Source: Nitrospiraceae bacterium
Lineage (GTDB): Bacteria > Nitrospirota > Nitrospiria > Nitrospirales > UBA2166
Length of the DNA stretch: 64,000 nucleotides
Assembly (NCBI GenBank): GCA_002726235.1
Contig: PBSN01000007.1
Span: forward strand, 1-64,000
Direction: 5' to 3'
The notes beneath the pieces are model-generated. The model had not been told where the DNA came from and did not search any database. It worked only from the letters and a program-made list of their open reading frames with translations. This document shows, piece after piece, positions 47,653 through 57,948 of the stretch. The position numbers were made by a program, and so were the translations under genes. Every line of letters starts with the position of its first letter. Position 1 is the stretch's first letter.

Positions 47653-49236
47653 TTGCTAATGGGTTATTTCTCCTGTCATCCAATGAACGTTTCCCAATGG
47701 ATGGGTTTACTGTTGGCGGTCTGCGTGCTCACTGGCGGTCTACTAGCCACAGATCATGTGTACGCCCAGCCTGCGGCTGATGATGTGATTCCCCAAGCGG
47801 GGGAGGCAATCACGTTGGATTTTCAAGATGTTGAACTCCCGGTTTTCATTCGATTTGTCAGTGAGTTTACCGGGAAGAACATTATGATTGACGAATCGGT
47901 GAGGGGAAAAGTTTCATTGTTTTCTCCGACAAAAGTTGCGAGTGATGGTGTTTACCAAGTGTTTCTTGATGTTCTCAAGCTGAAGGGATATGTCGCTGTT
48001 GACGCTGGGGAAGTGATTCAAGTGCTGTCGGCTTCCGACGCACCCTCAGGTCGCCAGATTTATGTGCATCAGTTAGAGAACGCGAAGGCTGCTGAGATTA
48101 CTGCTGTCCTTGTAGGGCTTGTCAGCAGGTCAAATGCGGTTACGCCTCCACAACCTGGTAAGCCCGTTGTGCGTCGCGCAACAGAGTTCGAAGGGCCTGT
48201 GCAGATTTACCCAGACAAGACATCGAATAGGCTCGTCATTACGGCGACCCCTGTTGACTATGAACGTTTGGTGACGATCATCGATGGGTTGGACGTGCAA
48301 TTGGGTCAGGTCTTTGTCGAAGCCGTGATTATGGAGGTGAACATTTCAACATTAAAAGAATTGGGCAACGAACCCAATGCACTGCTTGCCACAGGTGGTG
48401 TGGGTGAGTCTGTGACCTCGCTTGGCGGGTTTAACCGGGCACCCGAGGATATTGTAGGCATTGCCTCGCTGTTGGCAGGACAAATCTCAGCTGGCATCGA
48501 AGATTTAAGTCCGATAACGGTTCGGAACTTCTTGCATGCGCTCTTGACCCGTAAGGACGTGAATTTGCTTTCGACCCCTCATATTCTCACGACAGATGGC
48601 CATAAGGCGAAAATTATCGTGGGTGAAAACCGGCCTTTTGTGACTGGGCAGAGTCAGTCGGTGGGTGGAAATACGATGACCACGATTGATCGAGAAGATG
48701 TTGGGGTTGTCTTGGAGTTGACGCCGCATCTTATGGAGAATGATATGATCACGCTTCAGGTCTCACAAGAAATTACGGCGGTGGATGAGACCATCGCTCA
48801 GAATATTGGGAATACTCCTGTGGGGCCTACGACGACGAAGCGAGGGACCAACACAACCGTGATTGTTCGCGACGCTCAGCCTATTGTGTTGGGGGGGTTG
48901 ATTCGTGACAACATCACTGAATCGAACCGAAAGATTCCAATTCTTGGGGACATTCCGTTTATTGGCGCGATGTTTCGGTTTGAAACTCGTAACAGTGAGA
49001 AGGTCAATCTTTTGATTTTCTTGACGCCTCATATCGTGCGTGGTCCAGAAGATGTTTCCGAACTCAAGAAGCTGAAGCTTGAAGAGTTGCAACCGATGGT
49101 TGATGACAGCATTATTGAAGGTAGCGGAATACCCGACACAATCAGACAATTGCACATCGTTCCTTCGGGTGAAGTGGTTAATCACTCATTTTCTTTTCAG
49201 CCGCCTCCTCTAGTGTCGGCTGCTTCCGGAGCCTAG
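47653..49236 (+). CDS. gspD: T2SS secretin (short form)
   Basis: N0 ITLDFQDVEL; QVFVEAVIMEV, NLLSTP, KIPILGDIPFIG, LLIFLTPHIV. Confidence 0.93.
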   Translation: MLMGYFSCHPMNVSQWMGLLLAVCVLTGGLLATDHVYAQPAADDVIPQAGEAITLDFQDVELPVFIRFVSEFTGKNIMIDESVRGKVSLFSPTKVASDGVYQVFLDVLKLKGYVAVDAGEVIQVLSASDAPSGRQIYVHQLENAKAAEITAVLVGLVSRSNAVTPPQPGKPVVRRATEFEGPVQIYPDKTSNRLVITATPVDYERLVTIIDGLDVQLGQVFVEAVIMEVNISTLKELGNEPNALLATGGVGESVTSLGGFNRAPEDIVGIASLLAGQISAGIEDLSPITVRNFLHALLTRKDVNLLSTPHILTTDGHKAKIIVGENRPFVTGQSQSVGGNTMTTIDREDVGVVLELTPHLMENDMITLQVSQEITAVDETIAQNIGNTPVGPTTTKRGTNTTVIVRDAQPIVLGGLIRDNITESNRKIPILGDIPFIGAMFRFETRNSEKVNLLIFLTPHIVRGPEDVSELKKLKLEELQPMVDDSIIEGSGIPDTIRQLHIVPSGEVVNHSFSFQPPPLVSAASGA

Positions 49237-49264
49237 GCTCAGGTTTCCGTCTCCTTTCTCGGCT

Positions 49265-50980
49265 ATGTCCACAACGGACGAACGGCTTAGCGAAATTCTC
49301 CAAGACAAGTATTCGGTTGATCCCGCACGTATTGAGGAAGCGCTTACGGCCCAGCGCGAGAAGGGGGGGCGACTGAGCGATATTCTTCTCACGCAACAGG
49401 TTGTACGGGAAGAAGAGTTGCTCGAGGCGCTCAGTATTCAATATCACCTTCCACATCGTGCGCACCTTCGTCCTCCCGACATTGAACTTACTCTTGTGTC
49501 GCGGGTGCCAATTGCTTTTGCCAAGCGGCATTTGGTGCTTCCCATTCAGGTTCGTGATGGTGTTGTTGAAGTCGTTACGGCTGACCCCTTGAACTTCGCC
49601 CCATTGGATGATCTGCGGATCTTATTGAACCATAATGTCCAACCGGTATTGAGTACCGCAATGACTATTTTGGGGTGCATTAACCAGGTTTACGATCAGA
49701 CCGCGTCGAATCGCGCTGAACAAGCCATCGAGGATATGTCGGGGGCAGAAGATGTTGACGCGTCAGCTGGGGAGTGGACAGAGCCTTTAGATTTGCTCGA
49801 TGCGACTGATGAGGCGCCGATGATTCGGCTGGTCAATTCTATCCTCTATCAGGCCGCACGACAGCGTGCAAGCGATATCCATCTCGAACCGTTTGAACAG
49901 GAAGTGCTGGTCCGATATCGAATCGATGGCGTGTTGTATAACAATATGACTCTTCCGCGGAGGTTGCACCCGGGGCTTATTTCACGCGTAAAAATTATGG
50001 CGGGACTGAATATTGCTGAAAAGCGTCTCCCGCAAGACGGGCGTATTACCATACGAACTGCAGGGCGCGCAATCGATTTGCGTGTTTCGGTCATTCCGAC
50101 AGCGTTTGGTGAGCGAGCGGTGCTCAGATTACTCGAAAAAGGAACGCGTCTATTTAGTCTTGTCGATCTTGGACTTTCAAACGAGAAGATGACTGTGATG
50201 GATCAACTCATCCGAATGAGTCACGGGATCTTGTTAGTGACGGGTCCCACAGGAAGTGGAAAGACCACAACTCTATATACCGGATTGACCCAAATCAATA
50301 CGTCGGACAGAAACATTATCACCATTGAGGATCCTGTAGAATATCAATTAACCGGTATTGGGCAAATGCAGGTCAATGCTAAAATTGGCATGACATTTGC
50401 TAATGGACTTCGGGCGATCCTTCGACAAGATCCGGACGTAATCATGGTTGGCGAGATCCGAGATCGTGAGACCGCCGATATTGCCATTCATGCTTCGCTG
50501 ACGGGGCATCTGGTGTTGTCAACTTTGCATACCAATGATGCGGCTGGTGCGGTCACCCGACTGATTGATATGGATGTTGAGCCGTTTCTCGTTTCGTCGT
50601 CTGTCTCTGCAGTCATCGCACAGCGGTTGGTTCGAGTGTTATGTCCGGAATGTCGTCAGTCGGCATCCCCGTCACACGAAGAACTTGTGAAACTCGGCTT
50701 AGAAGCTGAATCGGTAACCACAACAATTTATCATGCTGTTGGCTGTGAGACCTGCATGCAGACAGGGTATCGTGGGCGGCAAGGCATCTATGAGATTTTG
50801 CTTGTCGATGATGATATCCGGGCACTCATTATCGCGAAAACTGATTCGGCACAGATTCAAAAGTGCGCGATTGAAAAAGGAATGACGACTCTTGCTCATG
50901 AAGGGGCGGTCAAAGTTCTTGAGGGTGTAACAACGGTAGAAGAAGTGCTTCGCGTGACATTGCAGGATGTCGCTTGGTAG
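49265..50980 (+). CDS. gspE: T2SS ATPase
   Basis: ASDIHLEP, GPTGSGKT, LRQDPD, TGHLVLSTLH, CxxC Zn motifs. Confidence 0.96.
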   Translation: MSTTDERLSEILQDKYSVDPARIEEALTAQREKGGRLSDILLTQQVVREEELLEALSIQYHLPHRAHLRPPDIELTLVSRVPIAFAKRHLVLPIQVRDGVVEVVTADPLNFAPLDDLRILLNHNVQPVLSTAMTILGCINQVYDQTASNRAEQAIEDMSGAEDVDASAGEWTEPLDLLDATDEAPMIRLVNSILYQAARQRASDIHLEPFEQEVLVRYRIDGVLYNNMTLPRRLHPGLISRVKIMAGLNIAEKRLPQDGRITIRTAGRAIDLRVSVIPTAFGERAVLRLLEKGTRLFSLVDLGLSNEKMTVMDQLIRMSHGILLVTGPTGSGKTTTLYTGLTQINTSDRNIITIEDPVEYQLTGIGQMQVNAKIGMTFANGLRAILRQDPDVIMVGEIRDRETADIAIHASLTGHLVLSTLHTNDAAGAVTRLIDMDVEPFLVSSSVSAVIAQRLVRVLCPECRQSASPSHEELVKLGLEAESVTTTIYHAVGCETCMQTGYRGRQGIYEILLVDDDIRALIIAKTDSAQIQKCAIEKGMTTLAHEGAVKVLEGVTTVEEVLRVTLQDVAW

Positions 50981-51338
50981 ATCCCCGTTTGGTAATAAAC
51001 GGGAGGTCTGGTCGCGGTTTTTGGCTTGAGCTCAAGATAAAACAGGTTGCTCATCCTCATATGCATGGATGGAAAATACTGGCGTTGCCTTCTAGGTGCT
51101 GGATGCGGTTGGTGCCTGATGAAGGGGCGACGCTATGTGAGTTTGCATGAGCTTGCCTGGACGACCATTGCTCCTTTTCGTTCTCGCCGTTACGTTCTTG
51201 TCAGTGTCTTACTATTGATTTGCGGCTGTGCGGATTTAGCCAACCAATATCAATAGTTTCGTCTCGCCTTGCTCTGTTGTATGATTAATGCCGCAGGGTG
51301 TATTTTCGGTACGTTAGTAGGGGAGCGGAGTCAAGCAA

Positions 51339-52556
51339 ATGCCAGTCTATGAATACCGGGGGTTGACTGTAGCGGGGAAAGAGGTATCTGGCATGATCGA
51401 TGCCGATACTGCGAAAGGTGCGCGGCTTAAGCTTCGAAGCACCGGTGTCTTTCCTACTGATCTGAATGAGGGAGGATCGGCAGGAGCAAAAGGACTGTTT
51501 GCCTTCAAGGATCGATCAGAATCGATCTCCCTGAAGGAACAGGCCCTATTGACGCGGCAACTCGGGACATTGGTGACTGCGGGGTTGCCCCTCGTCGATG
51601 CACTCAGCGCCTTGATCGACCAAATCGAGAAAACCAATATCAAGGGCGTGATGGCAGATATTCGTGAACGAGTGCGGGAGGGGAGTGCGCTAAGTCAGGC
51701 GCTCGAATGTCATCCTGAATCGTTCTCTCCGCTCTACATCCATATGGTTTCAGCCGGGGAAGCTAGCGGAGCTTTGGACGAGGTTCTGGCACGCCTGGCT
51801 GATTTTCAAGATGGTCAAATTCGGCTTAAAAATCGAATCACGACTGTTTTGATGTATCCGGTATTTATGTTTGCGGTTGGGGCTAGCGTGCTCTTTGGGC
51901 TGGTTACGTTCGTGGTGCCCAAGATTACTGCAGTGTTCACTGAAATGGAACAGGCTTTGCCACTTCCGACTATCATTCTGTTGACCGTGAGTGAGGGGCT
52001 GGCCGATTATTGGATGTGGATTCTCGTTGGATGTGCGCTCGCAGTACTGATGCTGAGGAGGTTTTTGCAGACGGAGACTGGCCGTGAACGATACGATGCG
52101 TTTTTGCTCAGGCTTCCAGTGCTGGGGACTGTTGTACAAATGGTTGCAGTCTCTCGATTTACGCAGACACTCAGTACGATGTTGAGTAGTGGCGTGCCAT
52201 TGATGCAAGCCCTTGGGGTGGTTTCACGGGTAGTGGACAACCGAGTGCTTCAACATGCCATTGATGAAGCTCGTCAGAATATTCGGGAGGGTGAAAGTCT
52301 TGCAGCCCCGTTAAAACGAAGTGGTTTGATTCCGCCGTTGGCCACTCACATGATCGCGGTTGGGGAAAAGAGTGGCGAATTGGAATCGATGTTAATTCGT
52401 GTGTCGCAGGTATACGATTCCGAAGTCGAAACGTCTGTGAATCAACTGACTGCACTACTGGAACCCATTATGATTGTGGTGATGGGAGTGGTTGTCTTAT
52501 TTATTGTTCTGGCCATTTTGCTTCCGATCTTTGAAATGAGTTCGATGGCACGGTGA
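51339..52556 (+). CDS. gspF: T2SS inner-membrane platform protein
   Basis: MPVYEY, TRQLGTL, AGEASG, GEKSGEL, LLPIF. Confidence 0.96.
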   Translation: MPVYEYRGLTVAGKEVSGMIDADTAKGARLKLRSTGVFPTDLNEGGSAGAKGLFAFKDRSESISLKEQALLTRQLGTLVTAGLPLVDALSALIDQIEKTNIKGVMADIRERVREGSALSQALECHPESFSPLYIHMVSAGEASGALDEVLARLADFQDGQIRLKNRITTVLMYPVFMFAVGASVLFGLVTFVVPKITAVFTEMEQALPLPTIILLTVSEGLADYWMWILVGCALAVLMLRRFLQTETGRERYDAFLLRLPVLGTVVQMVAVSRFTQTLSTMLSSGVPLMQALGVVSRVVDNRVLQHAIDEARQNIREGESLAAPLKRSGLIPPLATHMIAVGEKSGELESMLIRVSQVYDSEVETSVNQLTALLEPIMIVVMGVVVLFIVLAILLPIFEMSSMAR

Positions 52557-52578
52557 GCCTAACTGGGGAGGGTGCGGA

Positions 52579-53007
52579 ATGCGAGATCAACGAGGATTCA
52601 CGTTCGTCGAAATTATGGTGGTTGTGGCAATTCTTGCTGTTTTAGCAGCCATTGTGGTGCCTCGCATCATGGGAAGAACAGATGAAGCTAAAATTACGGC
52701 AGCAAAAGTGCAGATGCGCAATATTGAGGGTGCGTTGAAGTTATACAAGTTGGATACGGGGCAGTATCCATCCACAGAGTACGGACTCGAGGCACTTGTC
52801 ACCAAGCCAACTGCCGGGAAGGTTCCAAAAAACTGGCGTAAAGGAGGGTACATCCAGGCTGTCCCAAAAGATCCATGGGGGACGCCGTTTGTTTACCTGA
52901 GCCCTGGCGTCCATGATGACTATGACCTCGTCTCAAACGCGCGTGATGGTGAGCCAGGTGGAGAAGGGGAAGACGCAGATATTCAAAGCTGGAATCTTGA
53001 ACGATAA
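52579..53007 (+). CDS. gspG: T2SS major pseudopilin
   Basis: RGFTFVEIMVV, YKLDTGQYP, PKDPWG, DGEPGGEGEDADI. Confidence 0.96.
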   Translation: MRDQRGFTFVEIMVVVAILAVLAAIVVPRIMGRTDEAKITAAKVQMRNIEGALKLYKLDTGQYPSTEYGLEALVTKPTAGKVPKNWRKGGYIQAVPKDPWGTPFVYLSPGVHDDYDLVSNARDGEPGGEGEDADIQSWNLER

Positions 53008-53503
53008 CAGACGTCGCACTTGCGTTGATGGCTTCTCTCTTGTCGAGCTTGTCGCCGTCATTTTTGTACTGATACTGATGGTGTCTATTGTGTATCCTAA
53101 AATTCGAACTGGAGGGGATTTAAAAACCGTTTCTCGGCAGATTATTGGGACGATTCAACATACCTATTCGAGAGCTGAGTCGGAGAAACAACCCTACCGA
53201 CTTCATTATGATCTCACCCATGGCGAATACTGGGTATCTGTAGCACCAACTGCCGTCGATAACGACGCGTCGCAAGATGTTAAGCCAGATCAGCCACGAC
53301 TCCTTCCCAAGGGCATCAAATTTGCAAAAATCGAAACCATGCATTTTGGCGTAGTAGTGGATGGACGTGCGTTTACCAATTTCTATCCCATTGGCCGTGT
53401 TGAGCCGACGGTGATTCATCTCCGGGATAAAGAGCACGAAACCTTTTTGCTCTCCATCAATCCACTTACCGCCCGCGTGACCGTGAGTTCTGACACGGAA
53501 TAG
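52997..53503 (+). CDS. gspH: T2SS minor pseudopilin H
   Basis: GFSLVEL prepilin motif; FYPIG; TTG start inferred (ORF track start 52913). Confidence 0.8.
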   Translation: MNDNRRRTCVDGFSLVELVAVIFVLILMVSIVYPKIRTGGDLKTVSRQIIGTIQHTYSRAESEKQPYRLHYDLTHGEYWVSVAPTAVDNDASQDVKPDQPRLLPKGIKFAKIETMHFGVVVDGRAFTNFYPIGRVEPTVIHLRDKEHETFLLSINPLTARVTVSSDTE

Positions 53504-53577
53504 CCGCTCGCGGTCACGCACATGACCGTTGCAAAGCCATCGCACGAGCGCGTAGGATACGCATTGATACGACACGC

Positions 53578-54009
53578 GTGATGGCATTGAAAGACAATCA
53601 GGGTTTTACTCTCCTAGAAGTAATGATTTCGCTCGCGATTTTTGGTATGACAGCCACCGTTTTGTTGGGGTTGCGTAACTGGGATATTGATACTCGGATG
53701 TTTTCACAAAACGTGACAATCGCCACGCTTTTGGTGCAAGAAAAACTTGTCGAAGCCGAATTGGCGGTCGATGGTCCACCAGCGTTTGGTGTTTCCACTG
53801 GTGATTTTGGCGACCGTGCCCCAGGATTTTTCTGGAGGCAAACAGTGTCCGCTACTCCCTTGACTATTGATGTTCGAGAAGTAAAGGCCCGCGTTTCTTG
53901 GGGACAGGGTAATGAAGAAGAAAATTTTGTGCTATCGTCGGGGTCGGATGAAGAGACAGAAACCGCTGATGCAGTAGAGGCCGTAGCCTACTATCTCTTT
54001 GAGCAATAA
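53578..54009 (+). CDS. gspI: T2SS minor pseudopilin I
   Basis: QGFTLLEVMISLAI; position in the cluster. Confidence 0.85.
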   Translation: MMALKDNQGFTLLEVMISLAIFGMTATVLLGLRNWDIDTRMFSQNVTIATLLVQEKLVEAELAVDGPPAFGVSTGDFGDRAPGFFWRQTVSATPLTIDVREVKARVSWGQGNEEENFVLSSGSDEETETADAVEAVAYYLFEQ

Positions 54010-54014
54010 GCCAG

Positions 54015-54761
54015 GTGCATGTATCTCCGATAAAACACTCGGCAAACAATCAGCGTTCTTTAATGGGGTTTACGCTGATTGAAATATTGCTCGCTATGGC
54101 GATGGTAGCGATTCTGTTTACTATGCTGTATGGAACGTTTGGGAGTAGCGTAGATCTTATCCAAGCGGCTGAACAAGAGGGAGAAACATATCATATGGCG
54201 CGACTGACTATTCGTCAGCTCTCGCAAGAATTGACGTCTGTCGTCCAATCGCTCAATGGGGTAATGTTTGAGGCTACTGCAGGAGAGAAATGCCCGCAGA
54301 TTGCGCGTATCGAGTTGCTAGATGCCGATGCAGTTGAGGAAGAGGAGGAGGAAGCGGAAGGGGGCAGGATAGGGTTTATCGCAGTTGATGTCGAAGAAGG
54401 CAATCGCCCCATGGACTGTTTTACCTTTGCAACCTATGCTCATGGACGATATCGGCCGGATGTGAAGGAGTCAGATCTTAGCGTGGCGACCTACTGGCTT
54501 GATGGTGATAAGGTTATGCACAGAGAAGAGACCAATCTCTTCAGCCTTTCATCGAAAAGCGTGGAATCTTACCCACTTGCCGAAGGCGTCGAGGGAATGA
54601 ATTTCAAGTTTTTTGATGGCACTGAGTGGGTTGATGAATGGGATGCTGGCAAGCTAGACATGCTCCCATATGCCGTTGAAGTCGAGTTGACGTTCCTGCT
54701 GCCGTCTGCAGAGCGTCGGGTATTCACAACTATGGTATCGGTATCACGCGCGTCAGAATGA
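54015..54761 (+). CDS. gspJ: T2SS minor pseudopilin J
   Basis: GFTLIEIL; FFDGTEWVDEW..LPYAVEV. Confidence 0.88.
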   Translation: MHVSPIKHSANNQRSLMGFTLIEILLAMAMVAILFTMLYGTFGSSVDLIQAAEQEGETYHMARLTIRQLSQELTSVVQSLNGVMFEATAGEKCPQIARIELLDADAVEEEEEEAEGGRIGFIAVDVEEGNRPMDCFTFATYAHGRYRPDVKESDLSVATYWLDGDKVMHREETNLFSLSSKSVESYPLAEGVEGMNFKFFDGTEWVDEWDAGKLDMLPYAVEVELTFLLPSAERRVFTTMVSVSRASE

Positions 54762-55693
54762 CGTGGTCATTGGCGAGCCTATGGCGATGGGGCGCCTATG
54801 CCTTCTACGCGATTCTTATTTTCGGGATATGCGTATATGTCACGTTTCCATCTCCTCAATTTCATGCCTGGTTAATTGCCGAAGCTGATCGGCGTTTTGG
54901 CGTTCAGATTGAAGCGCAGGCACTACAGTCACACACACCTCTTCGTTTTGCTATTGACAAAGTCACTCTCTCGATCGATCCAGCGCGTGTTCCATTCTCA
55001 CGGATGGACACTGGGAGCATTCGCGTCGTGCCAATTGAGCATTTGAGTCTAGAATTGCACTCATGGCCCCTCTTGTTGGGACAGTATGTGCTGAGTACGG
55101 ACATCAATGTGTTTGGCGGCGGGGTTCGTGGAACACTCACGGCTGAAAAAGATGGTGGCCAATGGCGTTATCATGTGGATGGCGAGAGCGAGAACATTGA
55201 CCTCCAGTCTCTAGAGAAGGGCATACTCGCATCGAGAGCGGGTGGACAGGTATTGACCTCCGGTATTGGAGCTATTCGCTTTGATCTCACGTGGATTGGG
55301 AAGGATGGTCGTTCCGGAGCCGGTACGGTCTCCGTCAGTCTGGGGGACGCGATTGTCAATCTGTCGGGTTTGCCTTCTGTTGCCATCTCAGAACTCTCAG
55401 CGAATCTGACACGTGACCAACAGGGCTGGTGGCGAACCGATGATTTGCGGGTGGCTGGGGAGAACGATGGGTTTGCAGCGACTGGGCAGGGGCGCTTTCT
55501 GCTTGATGAATCCCTTTTGAGTAGCATGGTCAATCTTTCGGTGAGCGTTACGATCAATGATGCCGTAAAACGTCAGTACCCTCAGCTTGAGGTTTTCATG
55601 CCAAATATTGGGGAACCTGTTCGCCTGACAGTCACTGGAACGTTGGGTCGACCAATCATTCTGATCAACGGAGTTCCAATTTTGGCATCCTGA
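54758..55693 (+). CDS. gspN: T2SS protein N
   Basis: N-terminal TM ending YVTFP; beta-rich body; C-terminal VTGTLGRP. Confidence 0.75.
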   Translation: MTWSLASLWRWGAYAFYAILIFGICVYVTFPSPQFHAWLIAEADRRFGVQIEAQALQSHTPLRFAIDKVTLSIDPARVPFSRMDTGSIRVVPIEHLSLELHSWPLLLGQYVLSTDINVFGGGVRGTLTAEKDGGQWRYHVDGESENIDLQSLEKGILASRAGGQVLTSGIGAIRFDLTWIGKDGRSGAGTVSVSLGDAIVNLSGLPSVAISELSANLTRDQQGWWRTDDLRVAGENDGFAATGQGRFLLDESLLSSMVNLSVSVTINDAVKRQYPQLEVFMPNIGEPVRLTVTGTLGRPIILINGVPILAS

Positions 55694-57312
55694 TGCTGAC
55701 TCGATTCACACAAATGGTTGCACGCCTGTTTCGACCGAGGAGCTTCGTCGGACTTGATATTGGTAGCACTACTGTGAGGGTTACTCGGTTTCGGCGTGGG
55801 CGCGCTGGTCCAGATGAGATTGTGTGTCTGCAACAAGAGCTTTTGGGTGACGATTCCACGGAGCTTGGGGCAGATGCAGTCTCTCAAAGACTGCGTGTGT
55901 TATTTCAGGAACACTCGTTATTTGGTGTTCCCGTTGTGGTGGCGATGCCAACGCATTGGGTATTTTCTCGGATCCTCACGATCCCCTTCACTGACCCAAA
56001 AAAAGTTGCCCAAGTCATCTCTTATGAAACGGAGGAACTGATTCCCCTCGGGTTAGATGAGGTGGTTTTTGATCACACCATTATTGACTCGCATGAGGGA
56101 GAGAGTACAGTTCTTGTCGCTGCGGTTCCTCAGGATCGAATGACTCAATATCTGGAGTTATTGGCAAACGCGGGTATTGATCCGGTGTCGATGGATCTTG
56201 ATAGCTTGGCACTGTTTCACTTTTATCGGTACGCGCTTAAGGAATCGGCGCAGGATGTCGTGTTGATTGATATTGGGGCATCCAAGAGCACGATATGCAT
56301 CGTCAGCGGAGGGAAGTTGCGAGTGATCCGGAGTATCATGATGGCCGGTGAATCCTTGACGCGGAATTTGGCAGCTCACCTTGGAGGGACTCACGCTGAG
56401 GCTGAATCTGAGAAACATCAGTTCGTTGTTCCCGAAGATGACGATGGGTTTGATGTCAGTAACCCTGACTTAAAGGCATTGCGAGATTTTCTTGATCCCT
56501 TTACCACTGAAATACGAAATACAATTCAAGCTCACGAAACAGCAGCCGGTTTGACGATAACGCAGCTTTATTTGTGTGGCGGTGGAGCCAAGTTGAATGG
56601 GCTATCAGCTTACCTTGCCCATCGGCTCAATATTCAGATTGTCAATTCACTGGATGGCCGATTTGGCACCGCACAAAAAAAAGGGGATCTGTGGGATGGG
56701 GATTATGCGTCTAGCCTTGGCTTGGCAGTGAGGCCTGCGTTATGGGGGCACGGTGTCTCGATTAATCTTCGGCAGGGTCCATTTTCCATTCCCCATCGCG
56801 AACGATCAGCGAAGCAAAAAAGTTGGATGCGCCTTGTAGTGGGGGTAATGCTAGTTGTTGGGATCGGGTTTGCCAACTTTTACGTCGACTACTCCATTAA
56901 AGAAACACGACTACAGACGTTGAAAGATACACTCCGCCAGGATTTTCGAACGACGTTTCCTGATATCACGAGTATTGTTGATCCAGTGCAACAAGGGCGG
57001 ATGGCGCTAGATCAGGCCAAACAACGCCTCTCGGTGTTCGGTCATAATGATCCGGCCACGATCCTCCTCATTCTGGCTGACTTGACTGAACATCTTCCAG
57101 CGGACCGAACTCTCGAGGTCAATGAGTTGATCGTGGAGGGTGCGAAGGTCAAGATCGAAGCTTCAACTGATTCGTTTGAATCTGTCGACGCGATTAAAGC
57201 CGCCTTGACAAATTCTGAACGTTTGGTAGAGGTGGTTGTCAGTGATGCCAGAATGGGTGCAAAGCCAGGACAGGTCAAATTTCGAGTGACGTCGGTGGTT
57301 GGAGCAGAATAA
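55693..57312 (+). CDS. gspL: T2SS protein L (PilM/PilN-like)
   Basis: VGLDIGS, IDIGASKS, YLCGGGAKL actin-like fold, then a TM and a periplasmic domain. Confidence 0.88.
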   Translation: MLTRFTQMVARLFRPRSFVGLDIGSTTVRVTRFRRGRAGPDEIVCLQQELLGDDSTELGADAVSQRLRVLFQEHSLFGVPVVVAMPTHWVFSRILTIPFTDPKKVAQVISYETEELIPLGLDEVVFDHTIIDSHEGESTVLVAAVPQDRMTQYLELLANAGIDPVSMDLDSLALFHFYRYALKESAQDVVLIDIGASKSTICIVSGGKLRVIRSIMMAGESLTRNLAAHLGGTHAEAESEKHQFVVPEDDDGFDVSNPDLKALRDFLDPFTTEIRNTIQAHETAAGLTITQLYLCGGGAKLNGLSAYLAHRLNIQIVNSLDGRFGTAQKKGDLWDGDYASSLGLAVRPALWGHGVSINLRQGPFSIPHRERSAKQKSWMRLVVGVMLVVGIGFANFYVDYSIKETRLQTLKDTLRQDFRTTFPDITSIVDPVQQGRMALDQAKQRLSVFGHNDPATILLILADLTEHLPADRTLEVNELIVEGAKVKIEASTDSFESVDAIKAALTNSERLVEVVVSDARMGAKPGQVKFRVTSVVGAE

Positions 57313-57857
57313 TGTTGAAGTGGCTTGAACCTCTGAAACGACTCTCTCTTCGCGAACGAGTCATGGTGATTGCGGGCGGACTTTTTCTGTTCATCCTCCT
57401 CATCTATACCACTGCGATTGAGCCGATGATTGATCGCATGCAACGACTCGATCGGCTTGCTGCTGGAAAACAAAGCGCGATTCAGGAGCTGGCAGCGATT
57501 CGTGAGGAATATGTTGGAGTTCATGCTCAGGCGATACAGATTGACCGAGCGATCGATGAAGTGTCAGGCACATTCTCTCTATTGGCTTTTCTTGAAGAGG
57601 TAGCAACGGATGTTCATATCAAGTCACAGATCGTCGCGATGCGCCCCCAAGCGGCATTGCCGTCGAGTGAATATCGAGAAAATTCTGTTGAGGTGAAAAT
57701 CGAGAAGGTTGCCATTCCATCTGTTGTTGCCTTGCTCAGGGCGATGCACACCGCGTCTGCCGTTCTTCGGTTTAAACGCTTCCATTTACGGCCGCGGTTT
57801 GATGATCCGGCGTATCTCGACGTCTCGTTTCTCGTGTCAACCTACGAACGCGTCTAA
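57312..57857 (+). CDS. gspM: T2SS protein M
   Basis: LSLRER plus TM plus coiled coil plus ferredoxin-like domain. Confidence 0.88.
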   Translation: MLKWLEPLKRLSLRERVMVIAGGLFLFILLIYTTAIEPMIDRMQRLDRLAAGKQSAIQELAAIREEYVGVHAQAIQIDRAIDEVSGTFSLLAFLEEVATDVHIKSQIVAMRPQAALPSSEYRENSVEVKIEKVAIPSVVALLRAMHTASAVLRFKRFHLRPRFDDPAYLDVSFLVSTYERV

Positions 57858-57948
57858 CAGGGTGCTGAAAAATCCTGGCAGCGTTGTTCGCGCATTGCTT
57901 AGAGTCTCAATGCACACACATGTACGCCGTAAAGCCATTTTTCAACAG
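57854..57948. repeat. Palindromic MITE/REP-like element, copy 3
   Basis: CTAACAGGGTGCTGAAAAA is 17/19 identical to the reverse complement of the right end of copy 1; closes with TTTTTCAACAG. Confidence 0.65.

Noticed and set aside
51047..51256. 69-aa ORF between gspE and gspF
   Set aside because: No RBS or family motif; cannot be supported as a gene.
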